64,000 nucleotides of DNA from Ranitomeya imitator (taxonomy: Eukaryota). The stretch covers positions 215,078,001 to 215,142,000 of the forward strand of contig NC_091288.1 in the NCBI RefSeq assembly GCF_032444005.1. Reading direction: 5' to 3'. The translations under genes and the position numbers were made by a program. A model generated the notes under the pieces. That model was not told the origin of the DNA, ran no database searches, and saw only the letters and a list, made by a program, of their open reading frames with translations. Shown here piece by piece: positions 60,845 through 64,000 of this stretch. Position 1 is the first letter of the stretch; each line of letters opens with the position of its first letter.

Positions 60845-62422
60845 TTATTTTATGATTCTGATCGTGCAATTATTATATAGATAGAAAGCGGCATAGAGCG
60901 GCTCGGAGAAGGAGGCAGTGAAGGTGTGTAAGTGTCTGATGGGGTCACACACCTGATAGAAGGACAGACGCCCGGCCTCGTAATCCAGACAGATGCCCAC
61001 AACCTGCACAGGAGAATCTAAAACTAACTTTTTGTGAATATCGTTATGACTTGCATAGCGTTGTTGTTTCTCAGTAATTATGGCCCACGATTTCTCATTA
61101 AAGCCAATAAAAGTTACGTTTTCATTCGCCTTCCTCTCCACACTTTCCCCGGCCACCCCTATCATCCAACTACTCGCCTGACTCACGTCCACCTCCCAGT
61201 AATGTCTCCCGGAGGAGAAGCTGCAAGAATTTAACACTTGACGAGATTTGAACCTCTTGGGCCCATCGGGTCTGTTTTGTGACGTAGCGGAATAATAAGC
61301 AGATCTGAGATCCTGAGATATAATAATGTTATTATGGGCCGTGTCTATATCCAGTAATACTTCCGATTTCTCCATCACTGAGAACTGTCTCTTCAGCTTC
61401 ATATCAATCAGATCATCAGCAAAGTTCCCCAGTCCTCTGTGTAATATCTGTGAGACTAGGCCTTCATCCACACACGGAGGATCTCCTACATCACCGATGA
61501 CCTCACAGCTCCCGTCACTGATGTCACCGGCGTTTACGTCTTGTAGAAAGGTCAGTGGATCAGTGATATTACATAATCCTTCGAGATGATTCATGTCCTT
61601 GGTCAGTTTGTCCACTTGAAGCTCTACCTGTTTGACCAGGTCACAGACTGAACGTAAGACCTGATCCTTCTGTCTGGAAATCTCTCCCTGGATTCTGTTT
61701 TCTAGATCATCCAGCTTCTTCCTGAGATCAGTAAACAGGAGAGCGACTCTGTCACCGAGTCCGGCTGATTTATAACCCTGTTGTGTCCTGTAATACTTCA
61801 GATTCTGGACTCTTATTTCAGTTTCTTCTCTCTTGGACTTTAGTTTCTCCATAACAGGTCTCAGTTTCTCTTTCTTCTTCTCAGAGGCGACATTCAGTGG
61901 CTCAACTTCATGTGCCTTATGGGCTCCGGCCACCCAGCAGGTCACACAGATACAGGCGGCATCTATAGGACAATAATATTTCAGGATCTCATTGTGTGTG
62001 GAGCATTTTCGATCCATAAATGACACCGTAGGTTCAGTTAGATTGTGATTCACCGACTTGTTATGGGCTGCGAGATGTTCCTCACACATGGAGGTCTCAC
62101 AATGAACACAGGATTTCACAGCCGGGACAGGAGACTTTGTACAGTAAGTACAGAAGATCCTGGTCTCCTCCATATCAGGCTGAGTAGATGAGAAACGCTC
62201 CACTATGTTCCTCAGCTTTCGGTTCTTCTCCAGGGCCGGACGCTCCGGATATTCTGCTCTGCAGTCAGGACAGGAATACCCTCCAGCCGCCTCCTGTGCA
62301 TCCAGCACACTCACAATACACGACCGGCAGAAGTTGTGTCCACATCTCAGGGATACGGGGTCTGTATAGAGGCTCAGGCAGATGGAGCAGTTCAGCTCGT
62401 CCCTCAGCTCCGCAGACGCCAT
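60845..62422 (-). CDS. Intronless TRIM E3 ligase (RBBCC-PRY/SPRY), 525 aa; here TRIM-C
   Basis: Start MASAEL at 62422; RING, two B-boxes, coiled coil and B30.2 all intact in one frame. Confidence 0.95.
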   Translation of the reverse strand: MASAELRDELNCSICLSLYTDPVSLRCGHNFCRSCIVSVLDAQEAAGGYSCPDCRAEYPERPALEKNRKLRNIVERFSSTQPDMEETRIFCTYCTKSPVPAVKSCVHCETSMCEEHLAAHNKSVNHNLTEPTVSFMDRKCSTHNEILKYYCPIDAACICVTCWVAGAHKAHEVEPLNVASEKKKEKLRPVMEKLKSKREETEIRVQNLKYYRTQQGYKSAGLGDRVALLFTDLRKKLDDLENRIQGEISRQKDQVLRSVCDLVKQVELQVDKLTKDMNHLEGLCNITDPLTFLQDVNAGDISDGSCEVIGDVGDPPCVDEGLVSQILHRGLGNFADDLIDMKLKRQFSVMEKSEVLLDIDTAHNNIIISQDLRSAYYSATSQNRPDGPKRFKSRQVLNSCSFSSGRHYWEVDVSQASSWMIGVAGESVERKANENVTFIGFNEKSWAIITEKQQRYASHNDIHKKLVLDSPVQVVGICLDYEAGRLSFYQVCDPIRHLHTFTASFSEPLYAAFYLYNNCTIRIIK

Positions 62423-62522
62423 TGTGGTGGGAAATGCAATGTGTGACAGAATAGAAACCAAAAGATAAAAGTTATTTCATACAGGAAGGGTGGAGACTTT
62501 CTGAAGTCAGATTAACCCCTAC

Positions 62523-63746
62523 CAGAGGCGTAGCTAGGGCTTTGGTTCAGGGGGGGTGAAGCTTCTGAGTGGGCCACTAATCAGGTAACCTTCATTACAA
62601 CTCGGTGACGCACCCTAATACTGGAGGAGAACCTCAGCAGATGACTGCACTATTACTGAAGATAATCTCTATATAAAGACCAATATGGCAGCCCCCCTAT
62701 AGGCAGATCCTGAAGTATAAGGCAGCCCCACCATAGGCAGATCCTGAAGTATAAGGCAGCCCTCCTATAGGCAGATCCTGAAGTATAAGGCAGCCCCCTA
62801 TAGGCAGATTCTGAAGTATAATGCAGCCCCCCCTATAGGCTAATAATGAAGTATAAGGCAGCCCCCTATAGGCAGATTCTGAAGTATAATGCAGCCCCCC
62901 CTATAGGCTAATAATGAAGTATAAGGCAGCCCCCCTATAGGCAGATAATGAAGTATAAGGCAGCCCCACCATAGGCATATCCTGAAGTATAAGGCAGCCC
63001 TCCTATAGGCAGATCCTGAAGTATAAGGCAGCCCCCTATAGGCAGATTCTGAAGTATAATGCAGCCCCCCCTATAGGCAGATAATGAAGTATAAGGCAGC
63101 CCCACCATAGGCAGATCCTGAAGTATAAGGCAGCCCTCCTATAGGCAGATCCTGAAGTATAAGGCAGCCCCCTATAGGCAGATCCTGAAGTATAAGGCAG
63201 CCCCCTATAGGCAGATCCTGAAGTATAATGCAGCCCCCCTATAGGCTAATAATGAAGTATAAGGCAGCCCCCCTATAGGCAGATCCTGAAGTATAATGCA
63301 GCCCCCCTATAGGAAGATCCTGAAGTATAAGGCAGCCCCCCTATAGGCAGATCCTGAAGTATAAGGCAGCCCCCCTATAGGCAGATCCTGAAGTTTAAGG
63401 CAGACCCATAAGAAACAATAAATAAATACTCACCTCTCTTCCTCCTTGTTCCAGCGGTGCTCCAACCTCCCGTTCATCTTATGACAGCGGGTGTTGGGTG
63501 GTGACATAATCGTCCCCACTGTCGGCGTCGGTGATGCCAGACACTGACAGGGGGCTGATGGGAGAAGGAGCGCAGCACAGTGCTCCTTCCCTCATCAGTG
63601 CAGTGACGGTCGAGGGGCCCACTACTGGCACTGGGCCCCTCCCTGCGGGTGCCGATAGTTACAGTAGCATAGCTACGGGTGGGCCCCCTCTGAGCATCGG
63701 GCCCGGGGCGATGGCCCCCTCTGCCACCCCGGTAGCTACGCTACTG
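62523..63746. mobile_element. Non-autonomous hAT element (1,224 bp) with an internal ~31-bp minisatellite, 100 bp upstream of the TRIM-C ATG
   Basis: TIRs CAGAGGCGTAGCTA / GTAGCTACGCTACTG; perfect 8-bp TSD ACCCCTAC at 62515-62522 and 63747-63754. Internal ATAGGCAGATCCTGAAGTATAAGGCAGCCCCC array at 62690-63410. Confidence 0.92.
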
Positions 63747-64000
63747 ACCCCTACACTTCTGGAAGTGACAGTCACACTATACAGAGAACCTCACAATGTA
63801 GAACTGCTGCATGAAGTAAAACTAATAAGGCATCCTAGTAAATTATGAGAATATTACAAGTCACCGAGCAGGTCTATGGCCAGTGTGGAGGAGCTCAGCC
63901 TGCAGCCTTGTACTTTTATATCATCATGGAGCCTCTTGGTGACCTATAATATTCTTTTCATTTATATTCGGGGGAAAGTGGCTTCGCTAGCTGGGTCAAT

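Overview
Vertebrate genomic DNA from a frog (inference: the GT-AG spliced genes, minisatellite-filled introns and the Tc1/hAT/piggyBac/Harbinger/L2/Tx1 repeat mix are typical of hyloid anurans). Roughly 25 kb of the 64 kb (summed by hand) is tandem repeat, which explains most ORFs in the six-frame track. Genes read directly from the sequence: the last 4 coding exons of ANTKMT/FAM173A (+); a complete 15-exon CCDC78 (-, 560 aa) with a cluster of RFX X-boxes upstream; the large coding exon of IGFALS (+); and three intact intronless RING-Bbox-Bbox-coiled-coil-PRY/SPRY TRIM genes (-). The most interesting part is the TRIM cluster. (1) A near-identical 6,768-bp tandem duplication breaks inside the middle TRIM and creates a new in-frame ATG, giving a 338-aa TRIM ORF with no RING or B-box. 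(2) The middle TRIM is a mosaic of its two neighbours. (3) All three share an almost identical RING module while their substrate-binding regions diverge. Also noted: CCDC78 lies next to IGFALS with no HAGH/HAGHL between them, nested transposons with clear target-site duplications, and three decayed Penelope-type hammerhead motifs. No CRISPR, rRNA or tRNA seen. All alignments were done by eye; no database searches were run.
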